This document shows, piece by piece, positions 1 through 10,257 of a stretch of DNA of 64,000 bases (position 1 is its first letter; each line of letters starts with the position of its first letter). Source of the DNA: Haliotis rufescens (taxonomy: Eukaryota); assembly GCF_023055435.1 (NCBI RefSeq), contig NW_025963802.1, forward strand, positions 16,182,001 to 16,246,000, given 5' to 3'. The notes beneath the pieces were generated by a model. The model did no database searches and was not told the origin of the DNA. It was given only the letters and a program-made list of their open reading frames with translations. The position numbers and the translations under genes were made by a program.

Positions 1-629
1 GCGGGTAAAGAGCAGAAATTATTGGACTATAATATTTGTATTCAAGTTTCAGCATATCAAGAAACTCAAGCATCGAGCGTGGCTGTGCAAGTGGAAACAC
101 CCTTAGGATTAGGCGAAGAGAGAGGGGAAGAATTAGTCGATGGTCCTAAGGGCTTCAGAACCAACCTCAAATGTCGACTTTCTAAATGAGTTTTGTTGTG
201 ATGATAAATAGAATGCCCACGGCAGAATAGAAGAGAGGCCTTCTTTAATTACGTGCCATGCAAAGTCTAAGATTCTCCACACGCAACCACTGTCAAGAAT
301 GATTCTCGGGTATCGGAAATATCGTTGTAAGATCACCCAGCAACAGGCATACTGCAAACCAATAGCCACAACAGAAATGCGTTGATAGGAGCAAATAGGA
401 GGATAACTTGACTGTGACCCCTTCCGTACGTTAGCCGTAAAGCATTGGCACTATTGTCTCGCCTGCCTCGATAACGCTACGTTCAATAGTTATGTGATGA
501 AGCTACCCGGGTAGTATGGTGTAACAGTTGGTGATGAAGGCAATGAAATCCCTTAAGTGCGGAACTACCACCATCCGAATGTCTAGCGTTTGGAACATCT
601 GTAAAGTATAGGTGAGGTGGCAAGGTGAA

Positions 630-920
630 ATGAGGTTTAACATCGCGTTTAAAATATATTATTGTACGTTTTTAGATATGTGCGTGCGTGTGTACGTGCT
701 TGCGTGTGTGCTTTAGTCCGGATTAATGCCGGTGCTATCCCACTGGGATACCATGCCGCAGTTTTACATGAATATTCCACTCAGACACAGAATACTGACT
801 CCGAGCCGACAAGTCCTTGTGTTATCCCCATAATGCCAGGCAGGGTAAATACAAGTACCATCTTTTAGCGCCTATTGGTATGACGCAACCGGGAATCGAA
901 CCACCGACCTTCCGCTCACT
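630..920 (-). mobile_element. Degenerate tRNA-headed SINE with Meta/MESC-like core (family D)
   Basis: The minus strand has a B-box-like ggttcgattcccggttg, then accctgcctggcattatgggga...ggctcggagtcagtattctgtgtctgagtgg...ctgcggcatggta. Homologous to 21362-21810. The core name is from recall of molluscan SINE domains. Confidence 0.6.
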
Positions 921-1046
921 GCTGGGGTGTACATGGGGAACGTAATTCTGGGATGGTTTCTGCAGATCGCTACGCTTTTACTGGGTTTTAGTGCGAAAGT
1001 CGTTCGTCACTTTCTCATTTCTTACATGTCACATTGACGTGTCCTA

Positions 1047-1435
1047 TACGTCAGAAGCTCATGCCCCCACACGTCACAATCTCATGTCCTCACACGTCAC
1101 AAGCTCATGTCCTCACACGTCACAAGCTCATGTCCCCACACGTCACAATCGCATGTCCCCACACGTCACCAACTCATGTCCTCACGTCACAAGCTCATGT
1201 CCTCACACGTCACAAGCTCATGTCCTCACACGCCACAAGCTCATGTCCTCACACGTCACAATCTCATGTCCCCACACGTCACAATCTCATGTCCTCACGT
1301 CACAAGCTCATGTCCTCACACGTCACAATCTCATGTCCTCAGACACCACAATCTCATGTCCTCAGACGCCACAATCTCATGTCCTCAGACGCCACAAGCT
1401 CATGTACTCAGACGTCACAAGCTCGTGTCCTCATG
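1047..1435. repeat. Minisatellite, 23-bp unit (cacacgtcacaagctcatgtcct), ~16-17 copies
   Basis: Direct tandem periodicity. Explains the three overlapping ORFs at 991-1477. Confidence 0.95.
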
Positions 1436-1459
1436 CATGACAAGATCATGATGACCTCG

Positions 1460-1900
1460 TCATGTAAAGTATGTTGAGGACCACAGTTGACATAGAACCA
1501 GACCAGACAAAGCCGATAGTACTATGCACCTGGCCACTTGGGGGCATATATTCAAAGTCGGGTCCTCCCTGTAGGAAAGGGAGAGACCAGCGCCCACATG
1601 CAAGGGAGATAATTTGGTTGTTATTCACTATATGCGTATGGGTTGAAACAGGCCTTGTGTGGCCTACTACATCCATCTAGTACGACGAGCACATGTAACA
1701 CTCGAGTCCTCAGTGTGTGCAGTAAGACCCTGACGGCACCATGACGGGGATGGCAGAGTTAAGAAATAGGCTGTAATGTCAAGCGCGATAATTCTTGAGA
1801 TGGGAATAAGGAAACCGCAACAACGCCACTATCTTCCTCCTGCCGTGTGAAACAGATAAGGACGGCAACTAATGGGTGAGGCACAGAGAAGTTAGAGAGT
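1460..1900 (-). pseudogene. Possible highly decayed LINE AP-endonuclease fragment
   Basis: Minus translation LPFLQGGPDFEYMPPSGQVHSTIGFVWSGS loosely fits the L-N-D-G-x-P-T...S-x-I-D-L motif. Stops and frameshifts upstream. Confidence 0.25.
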
Positions 1901-2493
1901 CTGGGAGTTCAGTACATACTTAAATGCGACTAAACTCGGAGATTATTGTTCACACATAATAATGTTCCAATACATTTGTACCCATTTAGCAAGCCGATAA
2001 GGGGTACCGTGTCAGCTACGATTGCGACACGCACGCACACGCACGCACGCACTCACGCAAGCACACATATATATCCTCACATTTGTCATCCGGTTTGAAA
2101 CAACATAGACTATGGTTGAATGCACCTGTAATAAAAAATGTGACGTGTAATCAAAATTATATTTATATAAAAATTTATTAATCGTAACAAAAAGAAGTAA
2201 AATTATTCTACCATAAAAACATTATTTTATTAAAAAAAAGTATCTTCTCTACTCACACAATGGGAAGAATTAGTGGGTCAAGCTAATACATCCTACCAAA
2301 GCCTAGCACTCTTGAACTGTTCCACGTATTACCCCGAGGGCGTGGGAAGTTACTCATTACATCAACCACTAGTTTACCTGGCATAGTTTCGCTTGTTTAC
2401 ATGCCGTCCCAAAAGATGAGATATTGCTGACTTAAATGTAACAACCCAAACGAAACGTATTACTGCTATCAGATCAACATGATATTTATATCA

Positions 2494-2778
2494 GGGGGGC
2501 TCGGGTGGCCCAGTCGTCTAAGGCGCATCGATTCGCTGTGCAGAGTTGCGTCACCTGGGCACGCCAGAAACCTATGATAGTGGGTTCGAATCCCGGTTCG
2601 CCCCGATTATGTTTCTAGGTTTGTCAGCACCATACCCGTGCTCGTGGGTTTCAGGGAAGTGGTAAACGTCTGAGACCTGCATCGCTTCGGGCTTTCCTCC
2701 CAAATTAAGCTGACACGCCGTGATATAATTGAAATACTGTTAACAGCGGCGTTAAACCCAATTCACTCACACTCACTC
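2494..2778 (+). mobile_element. SINE family B (tRNA-Leu-like head, ~285 bp, ACTC tail)
   Basis: A box tggcccagtcgtctaaggcg, B box ggttcgaatccc, tail gcggcgttaaacc(actc)n. Imperfect TSD att(t/a)atatcag. Near-identical copy at 30408. Confidence 0.85.
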
Positions 2779-2880
2779 ATTAATATCAGCGTTAGTATTG
2801 TCCCCAATCGCCTTCTCCGTAAAGGTTGAATCCCGCTTAGCCGTCCCCCTGCCCACCCTCTTCCTGAACCCCCGACCCCA

Positions 2881-3163
2881 TGTCACGTGGCTACTGTCAC
2901 GTGCCGACATTCAAATGCCACACCAACATACGGGTACCCTAATTGACGTCAACCGCAGACGTAACGGCAGAGCCAGCATTGATGGCTTCTAATCGGCCGC
3001 TATATAGCTCAAGTTGTCAAACACACTTCAGAACTGCCCCGACAGGTATACAATACACAATAATCAACCTTTCATATTAAAATCCCCAAATGCCTTCCTT
3101 CATTCACCCACATTCACAAACATATCTATTCATTACTCTGCTTGTTTCTGTTGTCGCTAGCAG
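2881..3163 (+). promoter_or_regulatory. Candidate Pol II promoter with a short first exon and intron
   Basis: tgtcacgtg twice (2881, 2895), TGACGTCA (2944), tatatag (3001), Inr-like ttcaga ~27 nt later, cag|gt at 3046, pyrimidine tract plus cag at 3163. Confidence 0.3.
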
Positions 3164-4139
3164 TTATACCAGTCAAACCATCAACACCATGAACATGTCA
3201 GTCGCCAGATTCCAAACACCATGATGTATTAAGCTGGATTTCAAACAAACGTGGATATTGGATTCTCCAAAGACCTACCCTCTCTAGACTGATGACGATT
3301 AAAGACAAGGTTGTGAAGTAGTCCTGTTAGACATGTCATCACCAGTCAAAACCTGTCATACACATATCGAAAACTGACCAATATGGTCTTGTTTGTCAGA
3401 CATAACAGCAGTCGAAATAAATTGCATCTCGAGGAGGCATTCTTCAGGGATTTCAAAAGATGAAGAAGCAGAAATGAAAGTTTATTCATTTTGTTCTGAT
3501 GCCCTTCATACCACATGTGACAATTTGTTAGCGCCGGGCTTTCTGGTCACGTGGTTTATAAAAGATGTATTTTATATCTGAACAAAATATTGTTTCTAAC
3601 TCTAATCAACATTGGATATATGAAGTCACAACCACCTTGAGTTCCGGAAAGATCTTTATCCATTTTTCTCCGTTTTTAAAAATAAATAAATAAAATATTG
3701 CCATCGACACCACATCTAATTTTGTAACCGAACAGGAGCGGCGGGATTTGGTTTTGATTATCCACAATACATTAACTATATGTATTTTACTTTCATCTGG
3801 AAAATTAATTATTTTACACAAAGGTTGAACAAAATATTTACTTTTTCGGTTTTTCCCTAATGGCCAAATGGTCGCTTCTTAAAAACATTTCAGCCCCATC
3901 ACATGGGTAAAAACATTCATAATGTATAACATGAGCCGAAAAAAATGTGACTAACTGGAATTAAACCTAATGTGTTGTACGAATACAAATACCCTAAAGT
4001 GTTGACTTGTCGCTCTAATCAATGTTAGTATTTTTATAATTCTCTTTACATAATGAAATAAAAATGTTTAAAAATGTAAAAAAACATATGAACCTCTCAT
4101 TATATTTGTTTATGAATACAAGCTACAAAACCATTTCAA

Positions 4140-4297
4140 CAAGCACAATATATCTCTGCTTAGAGCAGAGTTCACTGTACAAGTTCGACTATATCATGGA
4201 GATGTGTTTATGAACATATGTTTATCAAATAGTGATGATACCAGTTCGCGAAAAGGTGAGCGTATCCTTCACCACCGGTCTCACCTGTCACAAACAC
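4140..4297 (-). mobile_element. Structured dispersed repeat (family P, subfamily 2)
   Basis: gtgatgataccag..ttcgcgaaaaggtgagcgtatc..ccaccggt..cacctgtcacaaacacat. Aligns with 10105-10257. Confidence 0.7.
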
Positions 4298-5567
4298 ATT
4301 CAAAGGCAAGTCAATTGTTCACCTTAACAAAAACCACTAGAACATATAGTACAAGTCAAAATAGAGAATTGCATCGGACATAAGTTTGGCCCCTGATGCG
4401 TTAAATTTGGAAAACACAGTCACTGAAACATTCTGCAATTGTGATAGCTACTGAATGATTTATCTTTACAAAAAAAAATGTATCAAGAAAATATACATGT
4501 TCAACACCCTTCTAAATTTACAATTTATCGCACTTTGAAAACGACTGACTAAGTAAACATTGCATTAAGTCGCATCAGCAATATCAGCATCAGCATTCTC
4601 GCTGATGCAGATCCATCCACTAAAAAAAGATATGGCCGTCACAAAGAAACACTGCATTCTATTGAGTTAAACTCCATAAAGAAAAATGAACTTTTCTGTC
4701 TGGAACGATACAATTAACAACTAAATCAGGTTTATTCGATGAAAAACATATTTATAAAAGAGCACCCAAATGGATTTCATATTTAGAGCATCGGTATAAA
4801 AATACACTAATGAATATGTATGTCAGTATCCTGTCTGACTTCTGTCAAGGCAGACTGTCGAAGATTTGTCAAAAGTTAAAACATGTTAATGCCGTCATTG
4901 ATTTCTTGTCAAGATAGTCTGCAAAGTGTGTGAAATTCAACATATTAGCTTAGATGGCTTCTGTAATGCCTGAAATATCTGCATATTCACGTCATTAGGA
5001 TGTCCTTTCTCTGCTTGTATATCTTCCCGTCAGAGGAGGATAGACCCCTGACGCCACTGATCTCGACTACAACGTTGAATACGCCAAGGGGCGCAGCCAG
5101 ATGCTAATAATGATTTAGTCATGAATACGATTCCTTTGTTGTGGTGAGGAGCACCATACATGTCTGCAAACCTGGTAAAGGGGGTGATGCATTATTCTAA
5201 TACATACATTGTATATTCTTCCATGTGAAAGGTTGTATGGAATAAAGGTTTTACTTGATCCTTGCTGTAACTTGTAATGTTGAACAGTAGGAATACATCG
5301 CTCCTTGCTGTGTCGTGCCATTCGTTGCACACCATTGATAGCGGTAACTGAACACCTTCTTTATAAGAACTGGTAGGGTTCTGCAGAAATGGGGCAACAT
5401 GTAGGATAGTGTTTGGTTTCGAAATATATGTATCCGGTGGATAGTGGATAGGAATCATATCGTTCTGGTGATACTATCCGTCCTTTCATCCATGGCTCGT
5501 GTTGCATGTCTCCTATTTAAAATAATGATATCCGTATATTTATATTTATGACAAGAAAGCGGTAAAA

Positions 5568-6017
5568 TACAAAACGTCAATGCCAGAGAATAACCAGTCT
5601 CGATTAACCACCGAGACAGATTCTATTGGGAATAAAAGCCAAAATAGCAGAATATGAATGAGTCACTGATAAATATCCCCGTGAAGATCCGGGTTGGAAT
5701 AGGTCTTCGGCAACCCATGTTTGTCGTAGGCGACTAACGGGATAGGGTGGTCAGGCTCGCTGACTTGGTTGACACATATCATCGTATCCCAATTGCGTAG
5801 ATCGATGTTCAAAATATCAATAACTGGATTGCCTGGTCCAGAATCGATTATTTACAAACCGCCGTCATATAGCCTGAATATTGCTGAGTGCGGCGTTAAA
5901 CATCAAACAAACAAACAAACAAACAAACAAACAAAAACAATCACTGAAAATCAGTAAGGAAAACAAGTGTGTGCGAACAGGTAAGCATGTCCTGCCCTAC
6001 CGGTAGCACCCGTCACC
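5568..6017 (-). mobile_element. Family P repeat interrupted by a family C SINE
   Basis: aaaacgtcaatgccagagaataaccagtctcgatta... (5568-5672) resumes after the SINE as tcactgaaaatcagt...gtaagcatgtcctgccctaccggtagcacccgtcac. Confidence 0.75.
5677..5938 (+). mobile_element. SINE-like family C (non-tRNA head cccgtgaagatccggg, CAAA tail)
   Basis: Full-length match to the copies at 51733 and 56848. Tail gaatattgctgagtgcggcgttaaac(aaac)n. Confidence 0.9.
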
Positions 6018-6335
6018 AACATAACTTGCATAAAAAAGTAATTCTTTGTTGTTGTCTGACGCCGTGCCCAATCAGGAAATCTGGACAATTACTATAGGGA
6101 ATGTACATATAAAACTGTATGGGAAATGTGTTAATGACAATGTCAGAGGAAGGCTATGACTTGACTAACGGGTTGCGCTATGGGTTGTGTGGAGTTGGTA
6201 GTCATATGATGTTTGTATTTCGAAGCATTCAATATTCATGATAATTTAGTGTACCGTTATTTCCAAAACAAACTGGAAATAAGACTAGACATGTGCAGGT
6301 GTTGAACACAACATGCTTTATAAATGCTGGAACAG

Positions 6336-6500
6336 TGAGTGAGTGAGTGGGTATGATGTTACGCCGTGTTTGGCAACGTTCAAACAATGCATGGCGGAGG
6401 TTGTGAACAGTATGCCGCTACCGATGCATCCATGTGGAAAATCGAACCGTGTCTGCGCATGATGAGCGAACACGTCAACCACTAACCTACCCCACCGCCC
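6336..6500 (-). mobile_element. SINE family A, degenerate
   Basis: (gagt)n tail, aatcgaacc B box and accacta..ctaccccaccgcccc head, all in reverse. Confidence 0.75.
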
Positions 6501-6859
6501 TATAAGAGAGTAGACACAGAGTCTGTAGGACAGATTGATGTTCAGGTGATGGGTGACAAAGCAACGTCTTCCCGACAACACCGTGATGGATGTGTTCTAC
6601 ACACTACAATATGCAGTCGTTATGCTACCCATTGGAGATTCAGCGCATACGCAGCCACTGAAACATGCATGTAGGCATTATGCAGAAAGATGCTGTTTTC
6701 TCCACCGTGGCCAGGCAAGTGCGTTCCTGTTGGTGTATCATCATTCATTCTATATTACAACACTATTGGGTGAATGTATATATGTGCATTTCTTGTTATA
6801 GGCATTGATATGCTGAAGCTGTTAGGGAGCTTGAAGACAATAATATCATGATAATAATA

Positions 6860-6932
6860 TTACAACAACAACAATGATAATAATAATAATAATAGTAGTA
6901 GTAGTAGTAGTAGTAGTAGAAAGTAGTAGTAG
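6860..6932. repeat. (CAA)/(TAA)/(TAG)n microsatellite
   Basis: Directly visible. Confidence 0.9.
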
Positions 6933-7487
6933 AGGGCGTCATGGAAAATGATAAATACATTTTTTTAGGAATAGGCCCATTTACAGGATTAGACGTATCC
7001 AGGCCAACAAACCTGATCTTGTCCTTTTTTTATCCATTTATATCATTGAATTTTCAGTCCCCTTTGACACTAATGTGATTGACAAGATTGAGGAAAAACA
7101 TGGCAAATATGCAGACATCGCTTTCGAAATGTCACGCTTGCATCCAAAGTACCAAGTTGTCCGACTCCCCATCGTTCTCGGTGCCTTAGGTTTGGTACCT
7201 CCCAATCTGTTGACTGACATTGGGGGAGTAACCGGGTTTGCTAACAGGAATACAGCCCTTCTGACAATTTGGGTAATGAAGAAGGCTGCAGTGTTGGGGA
7301 ATCTTCACTTTCTACGAAAAGTTCTGGGTGGGTTGACGGGGCAGCGCTTCCTGGGAAAAGTCCCATTCAATGTCTGGGCTGCGTGTAGAGGGGGCAAGGG
7401 CCCTGAGCTGATGATGAGCCTAACCAGTCTGACTGTGCCAGGATCACCCAAACCCTCTTTGCTGCATTTTTTATTTTAATCTGTAAA
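6933..7487 (+). mobile_element. 5'-truncated R4/Dong-like (R2-group) non-LTR retrotransposon: restriction-like endonuclease C-terminus plus 3' UTR
   Basis: Translation RRIQANKPDLVL..IYIIEFSVPFDTNVIDKIEEKHGKYADIAFEMSRL..LPIVLGALG..MKKAAVLGNLHFLRKVLG carries the PD..E, KxxKY, PIVxGALG and KAAxLG..LRKVL motifs. Flanked by TAA/TAG repeats. Confidence 0.85.
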
Positions 7488-7749
7488 TAGTAGTAAGAGC
7501 ACAGCACTTCTACTGCTGTTGCTACTGCTACAACAACAACAGCACCAACAAGTACTACTACATAAGTATAACAAGGTGATGGTAGTAATAATAAGACGAG
7601 CTTTTACATGGCGCCCTTCACTAATTTACCGTCTTTTGCAAAGAAGCATATATTTCCTGATTCTTATTTCTCTATTATGTTAATTAGTGACCGAAGTGCT
7701 AAAAAAAACCAATGTATTATATGTATATAACTATATTTTGCTACGACAA

Positions 7750-8195
7750 CAGACAACGTGGGCATACGTCTGCGTGTACTAGTTCCGGAGCCGTTATTCA
7801 TCATTCAAGAAATTATTAATCGATCAAATAGTCAATACATTATTATCAGATTATTGAAATGTTCCATCCAATTATTGTCCTGGTTCGGGGTTTCAAATTA
7901 AATTTCCGGTATCAAATATATGAATACCACATACGCCTTACTAGGAATATATAATACGCCAACTTCTGATCTTTACAATTAGATATTCCGTTCGGTATAA
8001 ATAGTTCTCAATTAATACCCGCCATCGATCTTTAGGTGTACTTTGATGTTATGTCGATAATCACTTGTGTCCTGGTGTACAATAATTGTGAGATGTTAAG
8101 TTTATTTATTGAATCTGATGGCGGGGTGACAGATATGTTCAACAATATTCATAAAACGTCTAAAATTTAAATTGGATGTGACATGTCTGATTCTG
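7750..8195 (-). pseudogene. Decayed Penelope-like (Naiad-type) reverse transcriptase C-terminal fragment
   Basis: Minus frame VHLKIDGGY*LRTIYTERNI*L*RSEVGVLYIPSKAYVVFIYLIP resembles the recalled PLE RT thumb motif LHLEIDxxGxLxTxLYDKRDDF...NIPxxPAYGVYISQLIRY. Abuts (TAA)n. Confidence 0.45.
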
Positions 8196-8197
8196 GG

Positions 8198-8198
8198 A

Positions 8199-8264
<66 letters not shown>

Positions 8265-8265
8265 T
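8198..8265. repeat. (TAA)n/(TGATAA)n microsatellite
   Basis: Directly visible. Confidence 0.95.
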
Positions 8266-9754
8266 AGGAAATTATACAAAAGAAACAGCTCGCAAGATGA
8301 AATAAACATTACTGGCTTCTTTGTTGTGGCGGATAGACATATATTGAAACACAAATAGTTGATGTAACAGACTTTTTTAACATACATGTTTACTTACTGT
8401 CAACGATTTGAATGATCACATAGTTTAGCATAAACACAATTTGTTGACAAAACACAATAGTATTGGTCAAAACGTATCCACTAACGGTACCCACTTAATG
8501 ACATCAGTTACATTTACACGTTTGCCTTTATAACATCAATATGAATTATATGCAAATATGTACAATGCGCAGTGCTACTAATATTTAACAATTTACCAGC
8601 TATGGCACTGAGAATGTAGCGGCGAGCAATCTGATAAATACTATATGACTCAATAAATATATTTTTTTGTTAAATGGTTGTAATAAACACATCAGTGGAA
8701 ACAGAAACATGCGCATTTGATCAGAGAGTGCTTATTTGATGAATATAAACAATTGCATATCTTGTAAAATATATTTTGATGTAAGCTCCGGTATAATTAA
8801 GAGACAAACGTATCAGTTGGTTTAGAAACAAAACTATTCACAGGTAGTAGGCGAATAGAAACATCAGTCCCCATGATATCAGTGATCATATACCATACTG
8901 TTTCTAATAAATGAATACTGAACAAATTTACATTAAGATTAGGCTAAATCGCGATGATTGAAATGAATGAAAAGTGTCAGAAATATAGTTTTTAAATCAA
9001 TTTCAACTTCATCACAGATGATATGTCAAATCTGAAAATTACTCACATATAAGATTAAATATGTAAAATATCTAATAAGTTGAAAAATATTAAAACATAT
9101 CTTACGTGAAGGGCATGTATCACGCCCTTAATGTACTTCATCCACAACGACATAAAGCTGTGCATGTATTTATACATACTCTAAATCTCAAAGGACAAAT
9201 TGCATCATTGACATTTACAAAAAAAACTTCCTCCAAATGACGCCGCGATATTTGACGGTATTTCCGCATTGAGGCATCCCTTGTGATTTCATCAAAGAAC
9301 TGTCAAATGTCTTAAAGCACAACACAGTCGGCATGTGAATCCATATGTGTATACAAATGTATCTAATTTATACCTAATGTGATGCTTTGTACATGAAACA
9401 AAATGAAACCTCCTTTAGCATGTTCGCATAACCCGCGCTCTCGGGGGATGAACAAGTAGTTTCTGATAGAGCGCGGGGAAATATATTTGGACAAGGTTTC
9501 AACTTCTGACATGCAAATAAAGACATACGAGTACATGCTAATCCGTATTCGAAATGATTAAAACAATCACCCAGTTATATTTTGCTCTCAAGACGGTTTC
9601 GGTAATACTCGAAAACAAGGAACTTTGTGATAGGATAATAATGAGTTAGTCTTCTTTATTCGACTTATCCAATGACATGTAATTATCTGGTCATTGTGGG
9701 TGGTACATGCATGTCTGATGGGACATATACATGTACACAACGGCAATATAATAT

Positions 9755-9885
9755 AAAACATCAACGCCAGAAAGTAACCAGTCTCGATTATCCGTCCAAA
9801 CAGATTTCATTGGGCGTACAAGAGAAAATGAAAATGATATGAATGGGTCATTGAAAATCAGTGATGACACCAGGTGTTCGCGAAA
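9755..9885 (-). mobile_element. Family P repeat, truncated
   Basis: aaaacatcaacgccagaaagtaaccagtctcgattatcc...aaaatcagtgatgacaccaggtgttcgcgaaa. Confidence 0.75.
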
Positions 9886-10104
9886 GCAATATCATAAAGT
9901 AATTTACGACACTTTGAGGCATAGGGTTTATTTTCAAAAAATGAAATATATTTTAATGATAATATTTTTTACAAATATATGTTTTTGTTCATGCTATTCA
10001 CAGTTAGTATTTGTGATCGTATTCTACCTAACGGTTGTTATGTATGCCATAAACAAGACCAAGTCATAAATAAAAGAGACAATACCAGTAATTTTCAACA
10101 TTCA

Positions 10105-10257
10105 TAAGACATCTCTGCTAATTCTTAGTCTATTGTGCGCTTCCGACTCTATCATAAGCATGTGTTTATGAATCATTATCAGTAAGTGATGATACCAGGT
10201 GTTCGCGAACAGGTGAGCGTATCTTGTCCCACCGGTGGCACCCGTCACAAACACATA
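10105..10257 (-). mobile_element. Family P repeat, subfamily 2
   Basis: gtgatgataccaggtgttcgcgaacaggtgagcgtatcttgtcccaccggtggcacccgtcac. Confidence 0.75.

Noticed and set aside
991-1477. Three overlapping His/Ser/Thr ORFs
   Set aside because: Stop-free 23-bp minisatellite.
5115-5515. Coding-looking minus-strand segment
   Set aside because: Every frame has stops within ~90 codons, and there is no recognisable motif or convincing donor.
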